A stretch of 63,965 nt of DNA from Carcharhinus longimanus (lineage: Eukaryota). This document shows, piece by piece, positions 37,365-50,659 of this stretch. The notes beneath the pieces were generated by a model that saw nothing but the letters and a program-made list of their open reading frames with translations, had not been told where the DNA came from and did not search any database. How positions within the stretch are numbered: position 1 is the stretch's first letter; each line of letters begins with the position of its first letter. The position numbers and the translations under genes are program-made. The stretch covers positions 75,747,852 through 75,811,816 of the forward strand of contig JASCQW010000099.1 of NCBI GenBank assembly GCA_030264375.1, in the 5' to 3' direction.

Positions 37365-37670
37365 ACAAGGGCTGTAAACAAAGCTCAGTCTATCGCTCAA
37401 AACACCCTCCCACTGACCCTGTCTATGCTTCCTGCTGCCTCGGAAAAGCAGCCAGTATAATCAAGGACTCCACGCACCCCGGACATTCTCTCTTCCACCT
37501 TCTTCCATCAGGAAAAAGATACAAAAGTCTGAGGTTGCATACTAGCCGACTGAAAAACAGTTCCTTCCCAGCTACCATCTGACTTGTAAATAAACTTACG
37601 TCGTATTAACGTGCAAGAAACAATACTTTTCACTGTATCCCAATACATGTGACAATAAATCAAATCAAAA
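37365..37670 (+). mobile_element. Rex1/Babar LINE 3' end
   Basis: Translates CLGKAASIIKDSTHPGHSLFHLLPSGKRYKSLRLHTSRLKNS; tail CATGTGACAATAAATCAAATCAAA. Confidence 0.85.
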
Positions 37671-39074
37671 AAAATGTTCAGGAAGGAAAGTGAAAGAAAG
37701 AAGGGAGGAGGGGTGGCAGTCGTAACTAAGGAGGTTATTACAATGTTGGAGAGAGAGAATGTCCTGGACTAATCGAGGACAGAGTTTATTTGTTAGAGTT
37801 AAGAAACAATGGCTGTGCTTTACACCACATGGTGTAATCTATGGGCCACCAAAAAATGGGAAAGATAAAGAAGAACAAATTTTCTATGAATTTAGAGAGG
37901 AGCAAGAAGTATAGAACATTGATAATAGGCCATCCTAATATAGTAATAATAGTTATATAAACAACAATAGTGTCTATATAGAGAGGGAGAAATCTTTCTT
38001 TTGATTTGATTTAATATTGTTTACTGTGAAAAGTATTGTTTCTTCAAAAATTATACCATCATAAGGTTTAGATTAACTATGGAAAAAGAAAAAGAGCAAC
38101 CTGAGAGTAAAAGTACTTAATTGGAGAAAGGCCTTCAGTCAGTTGATAATGGACCAGGTAAACTAGAATGAAAGATTGACAGGCAAAACTGTCATTGAAC
38201 AATGGGCTATCTTTTAAAGAGGAGATGGGTCAGACACAGCCAAGGTACATTCCAAGAAGAGGGAAAGTTAGGACAACTTACGTCAGAGCTCCCTGGATGA
38301 CAAAAGGGATAGAGGGTAAAATGAAACTGAGAAAGTGTCCCTATGACAGATGTCAGGTTGATAATAAAGGTGAGAAGCAGGCTGAATGTAGAAAGTTCAG
38401 AGGGATAGAGAACAGGAAATAAAAGTCATAAAATGAGAGTATAAGAGACTGGCAACTAACATGAAAGAGAATCCAAAACTCTACGATAGGCATATAAATA
38501 ATAAAAGTAATGTGAGGAGGGGTGAGGCACATTAGGGACCAAAAAGCGATATAGGAATGTTGCCAGAGAGCATGGCTGAAGTATTAAAGGTATTTTGCAT
38601 CTGTCTGTAGCAAGGAGGAATCTGCTGCTAAAGCCATAGTGAAGAAGGAGGTAGTTGAGATATTGGATGGGCTAAGGAGGAGGTATTAGAAAGAAATACT
38701 GCTTGAAATAGACAAGGTACTAGGCCCAGATGAATGCATCCAAGGATACTGTGGGAATTAATAGAAGAGATAGTGGAAGCTCTGGCCATAATCTTCCAAT
38801 CCTCCTTAGACATGGTGGCAGAGCTAGATATCTGGAAAATTGCAAGTATTAGACCCTTGTTCAAAAAAGAGTGAAGTGATAAACTCAAAGTGCAGGTCAG
38901 CCTGTTGAACCTCAGGTTGATGACGGTAATGTGATTGATGTCATGTACATGGACTTCTAAAAGTAATTTAATGAAGTGCCACACATTGTCGACAAAATTA
39001 AGACCTATAGAATAAAAGGGCCAGTGGCAGTATGGATGTGAAGTTGGCTGAGTGACAGGTTAATGTTTATTTAT

Positions 39075-39940
39075 GTGAAAGGAAGGCCGTGTCTCACAAA
39101 CTTGATTGAGTTCTTTGAGGAAATGAGAAAAATTGACCAGGGCAGTTGGATGCTGTATACATAGACTTCAGTATAGTTTTCGATAATGTTCCTCATGGCA
39201 GACTGATACAGAAGGTGAGGTCATATGGGAACCAAGGTGAGCTGGTAAGATAGATACAAAACTTGCTTGGGCATAGAGTGCAGAGAGGAGCAGTGGAAGG
39301 GTACTTTTCCAACTGGAGGTCTGTGACAAGCGATGTCCCATAAGAATCAGTGCTGGGGCCTCTGTTGTTTGTAATATATATATATAAATGATTTGCAGGA
39401 AAATGTAGATAGTCCGACTAGTAAATACATGTACAATTCTGGTCGCCACACTACTGGAAGGATGTTGATGCATTGGAAAAGTTGCAGAAGAGGTTTACCA
39501 GGATGTTGCCTGATTTGGAGGACATGGACTATGAAGAAAGGTTGAATAAACTTGGATTGTTTTCACTGAAGCGTCGGAGGATGTGGGGAAACCACATAGA
39601 GGTTTACAAGATTATGACAGGCTTGGAAAGAGTGGATAGTCGGAGTCTTTTTCCCAAGAGTGGAAGGGTCAATTACTCAGAGGCATAAGTTGAAAGTGAG
39701 AGAGGGAACGTTTAAAAGAGATGTAAGGGGCAGGTTTTTCACACAGAAGGAATGCACTTCTGGAGGAGGTGGTGGAAGCAGATTCTATAACAACATTCCA
39801 GAAACATCTGAATAGATACATGAAAAGGCAGGGAATAAAGGGATATGGACCATGTTGAGGCAAGAAAATATTAGAGAGACATGTGTCAGCATAGGCTTGG
39901 TGGGCTGAAGGGCCTGTTCCTGTGCTGTATTGTTCTTTCT
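39075..39940 (+). mobile_element. Younger CR1 3' part nested in the older CR1
   Basis: ORF 39473-39688 LEKLQKRFTRMLPDLEDMDYEERLNKLGLFSL; tail GGGCCTGTTCCTGTGCTGTATTGTTCTTT. Confidence 0.85.
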
Positions 39941-40218
39941 TTATTAGTCACAAGTAGGCTTCCATTAACACGGCAATAAATTAATATGAAAATCCACTAG
40001 TCACCACACTCAGACATACGTTTAGGTACACTGTGGGAGAATTTAGCATGGCCAGTGTACCTAACCAGCACGCCTTTCAGACTGTGGGAGGAAACCAGAG
40101 CGCCCAGAGGAAAGCCACGCTAACACAGAGAGAACTTGCAGAATCCACACAGACAGTGAATCAAACCCAGGTCCCTGGCATTGTGAGGCAGCAGTGCTAA
40201 CCACTGTGCCACTGTGGC
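39940..40218 (-). mobile_element. V-core SINE with alternative 3' tail (copy 2)
   Basis: Collinear with 16551-16812. Confidence 0.85.
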
Positions 40219-40836
40219 GTGGGGAACAAAAACAGAAGTATATAATTGTTTTTCAGACTGAAGGAAGATTAAGAGTTGGGTTCCCCAGGGGTTAGTACGA
40301 GGACCACTGCTTTTCTTGATATTAATGATTTAGACTTGGATGTACAGGGCACACAGTTTCAAAATTTACAGATCACACAAATGTTGTAAGTATTGTGAAC
40401 TCTGTGGAGGATAGTGGTAGCTTTCAAGAGGACATAGATAGGCTGGTAGAATGGGGAGGACAAATGGCAGACAAAATTTAATACAGAGAAATGTGAAGTG
40501 ATGTGGTTGGTAGCAAGAAGAAGCACTGTAAAAATGGGGCACAGTTCTAAAGTGGGTTCAGAAACATATATACCTGGGGTATATATGCATTAAACAGGTG
40601 ACAGGGCAGGCTGAGGAAATGGTTAATGAAGCGTACCTGATCGTAGGCTTTATAAATACAGTACAAAAGCAAGGAATTTTTGATGAAACTTTATATAACA
40701 TTGGATTGGCCTGAACTGCAATTATTGTTCTCGATTNNNNNNNNNNNNNNNNNNNNNNNNNNNNNNNNNNNNNNNNNNNNNNNNNNNNNNNNNNNNNNNN
40801 NNNNNNNNNNNNNNNNNNNNNNNNNNNNNNNNNNNN

Positions 40837-40912
40837 CGGTTGGACTAAAACCTGGTGTTGTCAGACTTTTTACTGTGTTTACCCCAGTCCAACGCCAGCA
40901 CATCCACATCAT
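40837..40912 (+). mobile_element. Penelope-like element 3' terminus abutting a gap
   Basis: CGGTTGGACTAAAACCTGGTGTTGTCAGACTTTTTACTGTGTTTACCCCAGTCCAACGCCAGCACATCCACATCAT. Confidence 0.75.
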
Positions 40913-40949
40913 ATAAACATTGTGCAGAGCACAGGTAATGCAAAATTCT

Positions 40950-41980
40950 AGAACTGCATTCAAAAGTTCTAAATTGGGGAAAGACAACTTTTACAAAATT
41001 GAGAGGTGAACTGGTGAAAGTTGACTGAATACAGCTACTAGAAGAGAAAATAGTGTCAAATCAGTGGGAAGTATTCAAAAGTGAGATTGAGAGGTGAAAT
41101 AAAAAAAAGGAAACTAGGAAAGGAAAGAAAGTATACAAAAAAATTAGCAGGTGAAAAAAAGCCCAAAGATGTTTTGCCAGTACATGAAGAGCAAGAGAAA
41201 AACTAAGGAAAGGATAGAGCCTATCAGAGACATACATGTTAAGTTATGAGTTGATGCAGAATATATGGAGAGGGTTCTTAATGAGTTCTGTGTCTTCACC
41301 AAGACAAGGGCTGATGCAGACATTCTAGTTAAAGAAGAGGGTTGTAATACCCAGCACTGGATAAGCAGGTATTTCCTTCATGCAAATATTTGGAAGACTG
41401 AAGCCTTTTTTTTCCGGTCATTGCTTCAAGCTATCTACAGATATCTACCATTATCTGTGGTGACCCGCAAGGACCTATCCTTGTCCCCTTCTATTTTTCA
41501 TTTATATGCATCCCCTCAGCGACATCTTCATAAGCAAATATAAAATGTTGGTTAGGCCAGAGCTGGAATTTTATGTCCAGTTCTACCCACCACATTACAG
41601 AAACGAGATAATAGGGAGTAGAAAGGAGATTTACAAGAATGTTGCTAGAGCTTCAAATTGCAACTATGAGGAGAGATTGGATAGGCTATGGTTGTTGGGG
41701 AGGTCAATTACCAGAGGAAGGAGATTTAAGGTGATTGGTAGAAAAATTAGAGAGGAAATGAGGATAGGCTTTTTCACCCAGAGGGTGGTAGGCATCTGGA
41801 ATTGACTGTTTGAATTGGCAGTTGAGGCTGAAATGTTCAACCCTTGGATCTGCAGTATTAAAGTACTGTAGTCTGCAAGACTACGGACCAGATGCTGAGT
41901 AGCCAGTTATTTTTTTCTCTCTCTTTTTGGCTGGTGCAGACACAGTGGGCTGAATGGCCACCTTCGGTGCCATAACACTT
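40950..41980 (+). mobile_element. Internally deleted CR1 LINE with embedded L2 scraps
   Basis: YKMLVRPELEFYVQF, YEERLDRL and FFTQRVVGIWN motifs. 41352-41525 resembles the L2 RT at 41988-42530 in the opposite orientation. Confidence 0.75.
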
Positions 41981-41987
41981 CAGTGGT

Positions 41988-42746
41988 TCAGTTGCCAGGG
42001 AGAGCATTGGAGTCTGTAGATAGCTTAAAGCAGTGACTGGAAAAAATGGTTTCTGTCTTCCAAATATATACTTGGAGGAAACATCTCTTTATCCAGTACT
42101 GGCTATTTGATAAGCCCTCTGATAATTTAGCGACAGTGAAGGGGTCGAGCAAGGTGGTGGTGAGGTAGAGCTGGGTGTTGTCGGTATACATGTGAAAACT
42201 AATACTGTGCTTTTGATGGTGTTGCCAAGGTGCATCATAAAGATTAGAAATAGAAGAAGACAAGGATAGATCCTTTGGTGCCACCAAAACAGGAAGAGAA
42301 GCCATTGCAAATGGTACTCTGGCTATGATCAGATAAGAAGCAGAGAACAGTGTCACCCAACTAGATGACAGTGGAGAGGGTTTGGAGCAGGATTGTGTGT
42401 TCACTTGTGTCAAAGACTGCAGACAGGTTGAGAAGGACAAGGGAGGAAAATTTAACTTTGTCACAATCCCATAAGATGTCATTTGTAATCTTGATAAGAG
42501 CTGTTTCAGTACTGTGGTGAGATGGAACATGAATTAGAGGGAATCAGACATAGAATTCCTGGAAGAATTTATATGGATTTGAAGGCAACAACACTTTCAG
42601 GGACTTCGGAGAGGAAAAGGAGGTTGGAAATGAGATGGTAGTTTTCAAGATTAGTAGCTTCTCGGATTTTTTTGAGGCGAGGGATTATGAAGCAGATTTA
42701 AAGGAAATATGGATGACATGCAAGTGAGAGAACCATTAACAATATC
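41988..42746 (-). mobile_element. L2 LINE reverse-transcriptase fragment
   Basis: Frameshifted ORF with HSISFHMYTDNTQLYL (YADD remnant) and WIKRCFLQVYIWKTETI. Confidence 0.85.
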
Positions 42747-43606
42747 AGTGAAACTAAAAGTATAAGGGTTATGTCAACTGTCAAAAATAGTAGGATGGTA
42801 AAGAGAATATATTGCTGGAAAGAATCCCTATAGTTCAAATCATATTCTTGTGTTAATGTGAATGATTCATATTTAAAAGAAGAATTGTGTATCTTCACAA
42901 AAGTATCATGGTATATAAATAGAGCAATCAATTATCATAAAGGCCTTTTAACCATTTCGACTCAGCCAACCTACCAACAAATTTTTTAACAGTTTACTAG
43001 AACAGGAGAGGAAGCCATTTGATCCTTCATACCTCTTCCATCATTCAGTGAAATCATTTGTTGACAACATTGGTGAGGGTTTGTGGAAAAAAGGTAAAAG
43101 GATCTTTGTGTGTAAATGACATGGATTATGTGGAAAGTTGAACATTTCAGTCTAGAGAGAAGAGTAACAGGTTGGGAGAAAACTGTATTAAAAAAATGAA
43201 ATTTGAGAACAGAATATTACTTTGAAGTGAGCAAAGGCAAGAGGATCTAAGTTTTAACTGGTGAAAGATAAAGTTAAAACAGATTTTTGTTATCAAGAGA
43301 CGTGAGCTGGAATAATATAGCACAGTAAGCTGGTGGTGTAAAAAATATAATTTGTTGGTAGGTTGGCTGAGTCGAAATATTAGAAAGATGAGTATGAATG
43401 GTTAGAAGGCCTTTATGATAATAGATTGCTCTATTTATATACCACGATAATTTTGTGAAGATACACAATTCTTCTCTTACATATGAATCATTCACATAAA
43501 CACAAGAATATGATTTGAACTATAGGAATTCTTTCCAGCAATATATTCTCTTTGTCATCCTACTATTTTTGACAGTTGACATAACCCTTCTACTTTTAGT
43601 TTTACT
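42747..43606. repeat. Long inverted repeat (arms 42747-42983 and 43349-43606, 365-bp spacer)
   Basis: Manual alignment gives about 12 substitutions over 237 bp plus one 21-bp indel. Confidence 0.93.
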
Positions 43607-46600
43607 TTCTTACTATATCCTTATTAACATTTTGCTTCTTAACAAGCTACTAACTAAACTTGCTTTTAAATTGTGCTTCAGCTGCCAACTCCCACACCAC
43701 AGAGGAGAGAGCAAGGCAGTGGTATTAGTTCTGAATTGTTCCAACAAACAGCAAGCCCAAATAAAATGGGCAAATGGTCTTCCTCCTGTACTCCATCGCT
43801 CAGCCAGATTGAGATATGAACGTAAGGTTATTTTTTTCTTTTAAGAGCAACAGCCGGGATAACCAGGTATTCAAAGTAGTTAAAGTGCTTCATAGGGTCA
43901 GTATAGCTGATGCAAAACCATGTCAGCAGCGTAGGCACTTATTGCATGACTGAACTATTGTGGTCAGTTTGTACATGCACTAATGTAATCAGTTGAATTA
44001 TCTACTGTTGAATTTGGGAGAGAGGCACAGTTAAGTCATTCAAAACCCAATTTAACTATGGAATAAACTTGATAATTTGTCATTTACATATGTATCTTCC
44101 ACTGTTTTATAAATATTGCAGCTTTCTCCACTCTCCTGATAGGGCTTCTGACTAATGGGTACTGCGTTCACATCCGCTCTGACATATCTTTCCAAATGTT
44201 AACTCCATAACATGCTTTGAGCCTTCCTGCACACTTCCTGCTTTTTGCAATTCAGGGCCTTATAGGGACAAAAACAATTTTTGTAAAATTGCAACTCAGC
44301 ACATAGAAATGCTGCAATCTGCAGATGGATTATTTAACCTTGCATCATTTTTGTTTATTAAGTTGCTCATTGGGTGTTTGTACATGTTATGTAATTATTG
44401 TACTAATGATTTGTGATAAGATTTTTTGTTCCCTTCCCTAAAATGCAATGAAAGTTTAAATATCAAATGGAGTACTCCTACCCTTTTGTTAGCAGATTGT
44501 AAATTACAGACAAAAATGGAAAATACTTACTAAGTTCCCTGCTATGACTGGAAATGTCTGTAAAGTTAACAAAATGAAATACGACTCTAAAAAAATTAGT
44601 TGACACATTTGTGTAATGAAACTCTCTATCTGAGCTAAATAAGGTAGCAGCAATGATTTTGTTTACAAGAATAAAATTAGAAAATTGTGCAAGTCAGAGT
44701 GCCCCATATAAAAATATAAAGATTGCTCAATTTTGAAAATGTGCTGATTTGTATTACTGGATAATATTTTTAAAATTCTAGATGGTATTTTCTTTTGTTA
44801 ACTTATTAGGATGTAGATTCATGTTGTGAAATGTCAATCAAGTAAAACATTTTCACATTTCAGACTTTTAAACAAAGATTTCCAAGATTTAATTTGAATG
44901 TATAATGAAAATATTCTGCAGTCCTAGGCTGCAACAAAGTTATTGGCATGTTTTTAACTAATCAAAAATTTATTTGATTACAGTATAAAGCAGAGTGATG
45001 CATAGGTTTGTTTATAACGTGTTCAAATCTATTAAAAAAAACAAGTTAATTCATTCAATAAATTGACAGCTTTTGTTATTTAGTTTTGTGGAATAGGTAC
45101 TTATTTCTGAATTGCAATCATCTAAATACAGAAACAGAATTGAGTATCTCCTTTGCTTAAAAAGGGTGGGAATTTGAAAATTAATAAAAAAGTGAACAGA
45201 TGCAGTAATATGCCAGAGGGAGATTAATGTGGAGAGTAAAATCTGTGTGCAACAAAACTGCAGCAAACATAGTCAGTGGGAGGTGGTTGTACAATCAGAA
45301 CAGGGATAAAAGAGAAATTACAAACAACCCTGCACTTGTCAAAGTAGTAGTAATGAAATCCTGATTGTGCCAGCAGCAAGAACCTGTGTTAGCTCTTTGG
45401 GGTAAGGCAAGTAGCTGGATGCCAGGTAGGAGGGCAGCATGCATTGCTGGGCAATAGCCATGTTGTCTATAACAGATGGCAGGCAAAGATGGCAGGGGAG
45501 GGGCTGCTTAGCAGAACTAATCAGACAGTAACAGATAGGGCAGCTGGGAGGACTGACCACAGAGATGGAATCTGCTGGGCTACTGCAAAGTGCTGTGATG
45601 TTTACAGTGGTGCTCCTAGTGGCTTTGGGTGAGACCTTGCATTGTCTTTACTGATCTTTACTTTCAGTCCAAGCTATACACAGAAAATGCCTCAGCATCA
45701 ATGACCCACTGTTCAGTTACTCCCACATGAAACTTAAAATCACCAGTAACTGTTAATTACAGAGCTAACCCTTTGAGCATTCACACATTTGTAGCAACAT
45801 GTTTCTGTGGCAAAATCTTTCCTTATTTTAATTAATTTCCCAAAGATGAGATGGGAAAGGATGAAAATTGTTTTCTATGTATTTAAAAATATATAACTAT
45901 AAAGGCAGGAAGAAAACAAAATGTGTTGATTTTGACCTATTTTTCTGTAAATAAACTAGGAAAGATACAGTTAAGTGTGTGTGTATGACTGGGAGTAGTG
46001 GGGGTTACGCGCAGGAAGGGTGTGCGAAGATATTGTCTATTGCTGTGTGAGTTAATGAAGAATCTGATTCTTTCCCCTGAAGGCAAAATTAATTTTGGAT
46101 ATATTGAACAGGCATTAACCAAGCCTTATTAATTAAAAGGAACTAAGAATACAAAGAAATATTTGAAACATTTTTAAATTATTTTCTAATGTGTTATCAA
46201 TTTTACAGAATATTCTTCAATGTGAAACAAAAAAGAATTCTGCTGTATGCTGCAATTTTTTTCAACCAAATGATTAGTGAAAACTGCTCTTGCTTTGGTC
46301 AAAATGAAATGCCAAGCTTGATGCTGTTTTTACTAGAACAGAATAGATCAATGTATTCCTTCTGCATTTATACTTACAGGATCATTGTCACAGAGTTGCT
46401 TTATAAATTCTGTAGTTAATTGATAAGCCATGAAATTGCAATGTGGGGTCTGTCTAAATGACAGCAAGCCAACATGCTCCCAGAACCACCACAAACAATT
46501 GTGAATGCTATTTGTAAAATTGTACCAGAATGATGCAGAAGAAAATTGGTTTATGATAACTCATAGACAGATCCAGCTTAGCAAAGTGAAATCCAGAAAA

Positions 46601-46697
46601 ATACACATCTACATCCTGTAAAATGCAGTTTTTTTTAGTAGTGTCAGAACAATAGTAATTACTTTACATTTAAAGAATAATTGAAAATCATTCCATT

Positions 46698-46866
46698 GGA
46701 GTGTTGCAATGGATTATCACATCATTCTTTCACCTCCTGAATCTAGGTTTGAATCAAGTCTCAAAACAATGAGATGCTATTTTCTTCTCTCTCATAATAG
46801 TACTCTGTGAAATTAAAGTGGGCTGCCTTAATCTTGTTCTGCGTGTGTGCCCCCACAGCATAAAAC
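46698..46866 (+). mobile_element. LF-SINE-like ancient SINE remnant
   Basis: CTTTCACCTCCTGAATCTAGGTTTGAATC, TGTGAAATT..CTTAATCTTGTTC and CCACAGCATAAAAC occur in the order recalled for LF-SINE. Confidence 0.45.
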
Positions 46867-49594
46867 AGCCCACAGTTCTTCACAAATTTGAAATGCTACT
46901 GAGGAGAGGATGGCTGTTGTTGGAATGGAAAATATCACATTGGTGTTGTCTGCTGAAATTTCTGTTCCGGATGGACTTTTACTCCACATTTTGTCATGCC
47001 ACATTGGACATGGAGTTGTTCAATGCTGATGCATAAAATTACCAAAGAATTGTTCTATGGAAACTCAAATGCTGACCAATGTGGAACATGTTCCATTGCA
47101 CCACGCAATGCCATTACCCTTAGCACAACACAAATTTGCCTTTATGTTGACTGACTACGCCCATAGCAGAGTCCAAACAGTAAGGTGTAATTGTAGGTCC
47201 AAGTACCAGTGCAGGCTCACTTATCAACCTAACTTTCAACTTTAAAACATTGAAGCAATTCTTATGTCCAAGCATTGCTGCAGTAGAATCATTTAAACTA
47301 CTTGTATCAAATAATTTGTCTTGCAAACAAATTTTCTTCAGAACATACAGAATCCAACTGAACTTGACATTGTTAATTCTAAAACACCATTTTGAAAAAT
47401 AAAACAAAGTAAAACATGATCTAAATCGAACAAAATAAATGTGATATACTCATACAGCTGGTAAACCAGACTACCGTAGCGCACTCATAACTACTTCACT
47501 CTTGTGCTTGGCAGTCATGATAACTCATATAAATATCATCACGCCAAGAGCCATGGGGTATGTTCTGCGCAAATTGCACATCAAGCTTGTACTGCAGATG
47601 TTCAACACAGAGCAACCTTTATCCATCTTTACATTTCTAGTCTGTAAAGTCTATATCTGTCAGATGGGTTAATGGTTGCCTAAAGCCATTCCTTATAAAT
47701 GACAGCTCTGAGTAAGATACAATTAGCCCATGGTAAAGTTAGCATGCATTGTTGACATATTGTACTGCAAGTTAAAATTTGTTTCTAATGGTTCAGATCA
47801 ATATTTTGAGCACTGAATTACCTCTGTGCCACACAACATTTATCTGTAACTGTATATCTTTAAAATCAATATTGTTCAGCAATTTAAAATAAAAAACATA
47901 TTTGCTTTAGATAATCTCAGAAATTATCTGCTTCTCATCTATCTAATACATAAGCTTCAAAAGATTAATGTTACTGAGTTAATTTTGCAAATATGTACTA
48001 CCATAGCACTTTGTTCTGTTTAGCTACCAGCAGGGAATGTAGATAGACTAAAGGCAGTGCATTTTCCAGTGACCTTGAGGAGCTGTACTACTTCAAGAAG
48101 CAAGAAGTAGCTTCTGGTAAACAAAGTTCACTTCTGACAGATGGATTGAATGACAAAAAGATTGTGTGTGCCAGAATAGCCCTGGCAGAGGAGGAAATCT
48201 TTAGTGGAATCCAACAGGAGAGGAGGTGTGAACAGGTGCGGGACTGCTGACGGAAGGGGAACCAGATGGAGGGAGCCAGAGCCAGTTTAGTTAGAGGAAG
48301 GGAAAGAAGGAAAGGCTATGGGATAGATGGCTAAATATATGCATAGAGGAGGGTAAATAACACAATAATCAAAGCCACCCGTGGGGGAGGAGGTTTGAGT
48401 GCTTGGTATAGCAGAAAAATATAGTAGGGTTTAGTTTGATTAATGTTGTTTGTGCATAAGAAGCAGATGATTAATGTGTTATGTGCAATGCACAAAATGC
48501 AGACAAATTAACCAAACTAAAATTGTTTAAATTAAGTCTTTGAACTATTCAGTGCTGTAGCAAGTTCTGCCTGCTGTCGTTTGGAATTTTGTTCATTAAT
48601 GCATAGGGTAGGATAATACATGGATAGGATGGTGTTTCATTCCACTTTTAAAGGAGATTTATTTAATACAAGTGAAAAAGTAAAAGATACTTGTCATACT
48701 TGAGTACTTTCTATGCAAGATTTGTAGAGTTTTATATAACTCTATACATTTTAAAATGCTTTATATTTTGTTAGAAGCTTAGTTCACCACAACAACTATT
48801 CTTGTGGAGAGGGGATTCTGGCTGCAGAAGAAGGTGTCCATTGGAAATAATCTGAATGTTTAGAAATAGCTGTGGATGTAGCACATATTCTGCTGTCTGT
48901 TGCCTTTGCTATTAAAGGAGTCTGTGTGAGAACTCTTCTTATCTTGCTGTTGGGAGTCAATGGCAAATGTTGACATATTCCTAATAGCTTTCTGTTTTAA
49001 CTTCTGAAAGTCAGGTCCAGATTTTTATGGAGTCAGGAAGGCTTTATGGACAAGATTGGGGAATAAAAGTTCTGCTCCGAAAGGGGTAGGACGTGATTCA
49101 CACAGGACAGAAGCCCAAACTAAACAGGGCTATTTGAACTCAGTTCTGAGTTTAAACAGACCCAATTTTGACTTTTGTAAAGCCTTGATCCAAGTGTGGG
49201 AATTGCAAATTGCTGGATTAAACATTAATGCTCTTGAAGGGCAGATATGATCTGTATATCCATTGTGATCAGAAGATTTTTAAATCTTTTGTTTCTTAAA
49301 TTTTAAAAAAAAGCAGGCTGCACCTGTCATTGAAATTTTTTTTTAAATCCTTTTTTGGACTGTTTTGATTGATGGGCTATCTGCTGCAGTTTAGAAAAAA
49401 AGCAGCATCTGATTGTGCAATTTCAGTAGCATTCTTTTGTTGACATTTCCCCAAAGAATATTATTATGTCATAATGAATTCTTGGCTGAGTTTCAAAAGC
49501 TACAGCTTTCTCACTAGGTGGTCCTGAGTTTGATTGGCAGTTTAAAGAGACTAGTGTCTGAAAAAAAACATTGTTTTTATAAGAGATTAATCTG

Positions 49595-50659
49595 GGGCAA
49601 TTCTCCCCAAAAAATTCTAAGTGTTGAATTTGCATAAAAATTGGAAAAAATCCACTGGTTTTCTCAGCAGGAGTTTCAAAATGAATCTCCCACACTCAGT
49701 GCACTCTGCAGTGCACAAATGTAAATCAGTCCAAAAAGCTGGAGATAGGGCCAATTCCTGCTGGAGAGGCCGGCAGCATAGCGCTGAGTAGGTCACTGTG
49801 CACGTGCCAATCTGTCATGTCAGACATCAGCACGTGCACAGTAGCCCCGCACTGCCGGCCTCCCAATCGTTGACCAGCCCTGCGATCCCCACATCGCCGG
49901 CTGTGCAATACTGTCCACTGCCCAATTGCCAGCCCCCGAACATGCCCAGGCCAACCTCAACCCCCACCCCATTCCACCTTGATGGCCGTCCACCTCCCCA
50001 CAGCCCCAACATCCCAATCCGCACCCATACCTGATCTACCCAACCCCCAAAATGCAGCCTTGTTCTTACCCCTGCAGTCCCAATCCTGCATTCCGATGGT
50101 CAGCCCTGATTGCTGGCCTCCCTCCCTTTGTCACTCAGCCCCCAAGTGGAGGGTGGCAGTGGGAGGCCCTGCCCTTTTAGGCCCTGCCCACTTGGCACTG
50201 CTCTATACTCAATGGGCAGTACCAAGGTGCCCCTTGGGCTTTGACACTTTGCCTCTTGGGCAGTGCCAGGGGTCCCAGGCTAGCACTGCCAAGGTGGAAT
50301 GCCCAGAGGTCATCCCCCAGCAGCCGACACTTTGGGAGGACTTGATTGCCCCCGCCTTACTCCAGCGGGGTTGGGCAACCAGCTCCCCACAAGTGGGGAG
50401 CTATATTAAACCATGCTGGAGTGAATCACTCCTGGTGGGGGTGGGAGGAGAGGCCAGCAGGCCCAGAGATTTCAATCCGGGCCCACTAATTCTATTTAAA
50501 TTGTCATTCGTGTACGTTATGCAGCTCCTTGCCAGAAATCTAGCATCGGAGAACTGCTGAGGCCGTGATGCACAGCTGGGACCCCGCAAAACAGCCTCCA
50601 CTCAAGTCTCACTGCCTGCTGTGCTACAAAAGCAGTGCAGCGGGATGGGAGAATCACCC
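49595..50659. mobile_element. Non-autonomous PIF/Harbinger-type element (1065 bp)
   Basis: 13-bp TIRs GGGCAATTCTCCC / GGGAGAATCACCC (11/13), 3-bp TSD CTG on both sides, GC-rich interior with no transposase. Confidence 0.8.

Larger units (their letters stand above)
37680..40735 (+). mobile_element. Long decayed CR1 ORF2 with nested younger insertions
   Basis: APWMTK, GPDECIQGY, DVMYMDF, GVPQGLVRGPLLF and KWQTKFNTEKCEV motifs in order; interrupted at ~39060-40225. Confidence 0.8.

Noticed and set aside
41988-42530. 180-aa ORF as a gene
   Set aside because: Frameshifted L2 RT remnant with the catalytic YADD decayed to YTDN.
49979-50560. 193-aa ORF
   Set aside because: Lies inside a GC-rich non-autonomous transposon, has Pro-rich low-complexity composition and no domain or splice support.
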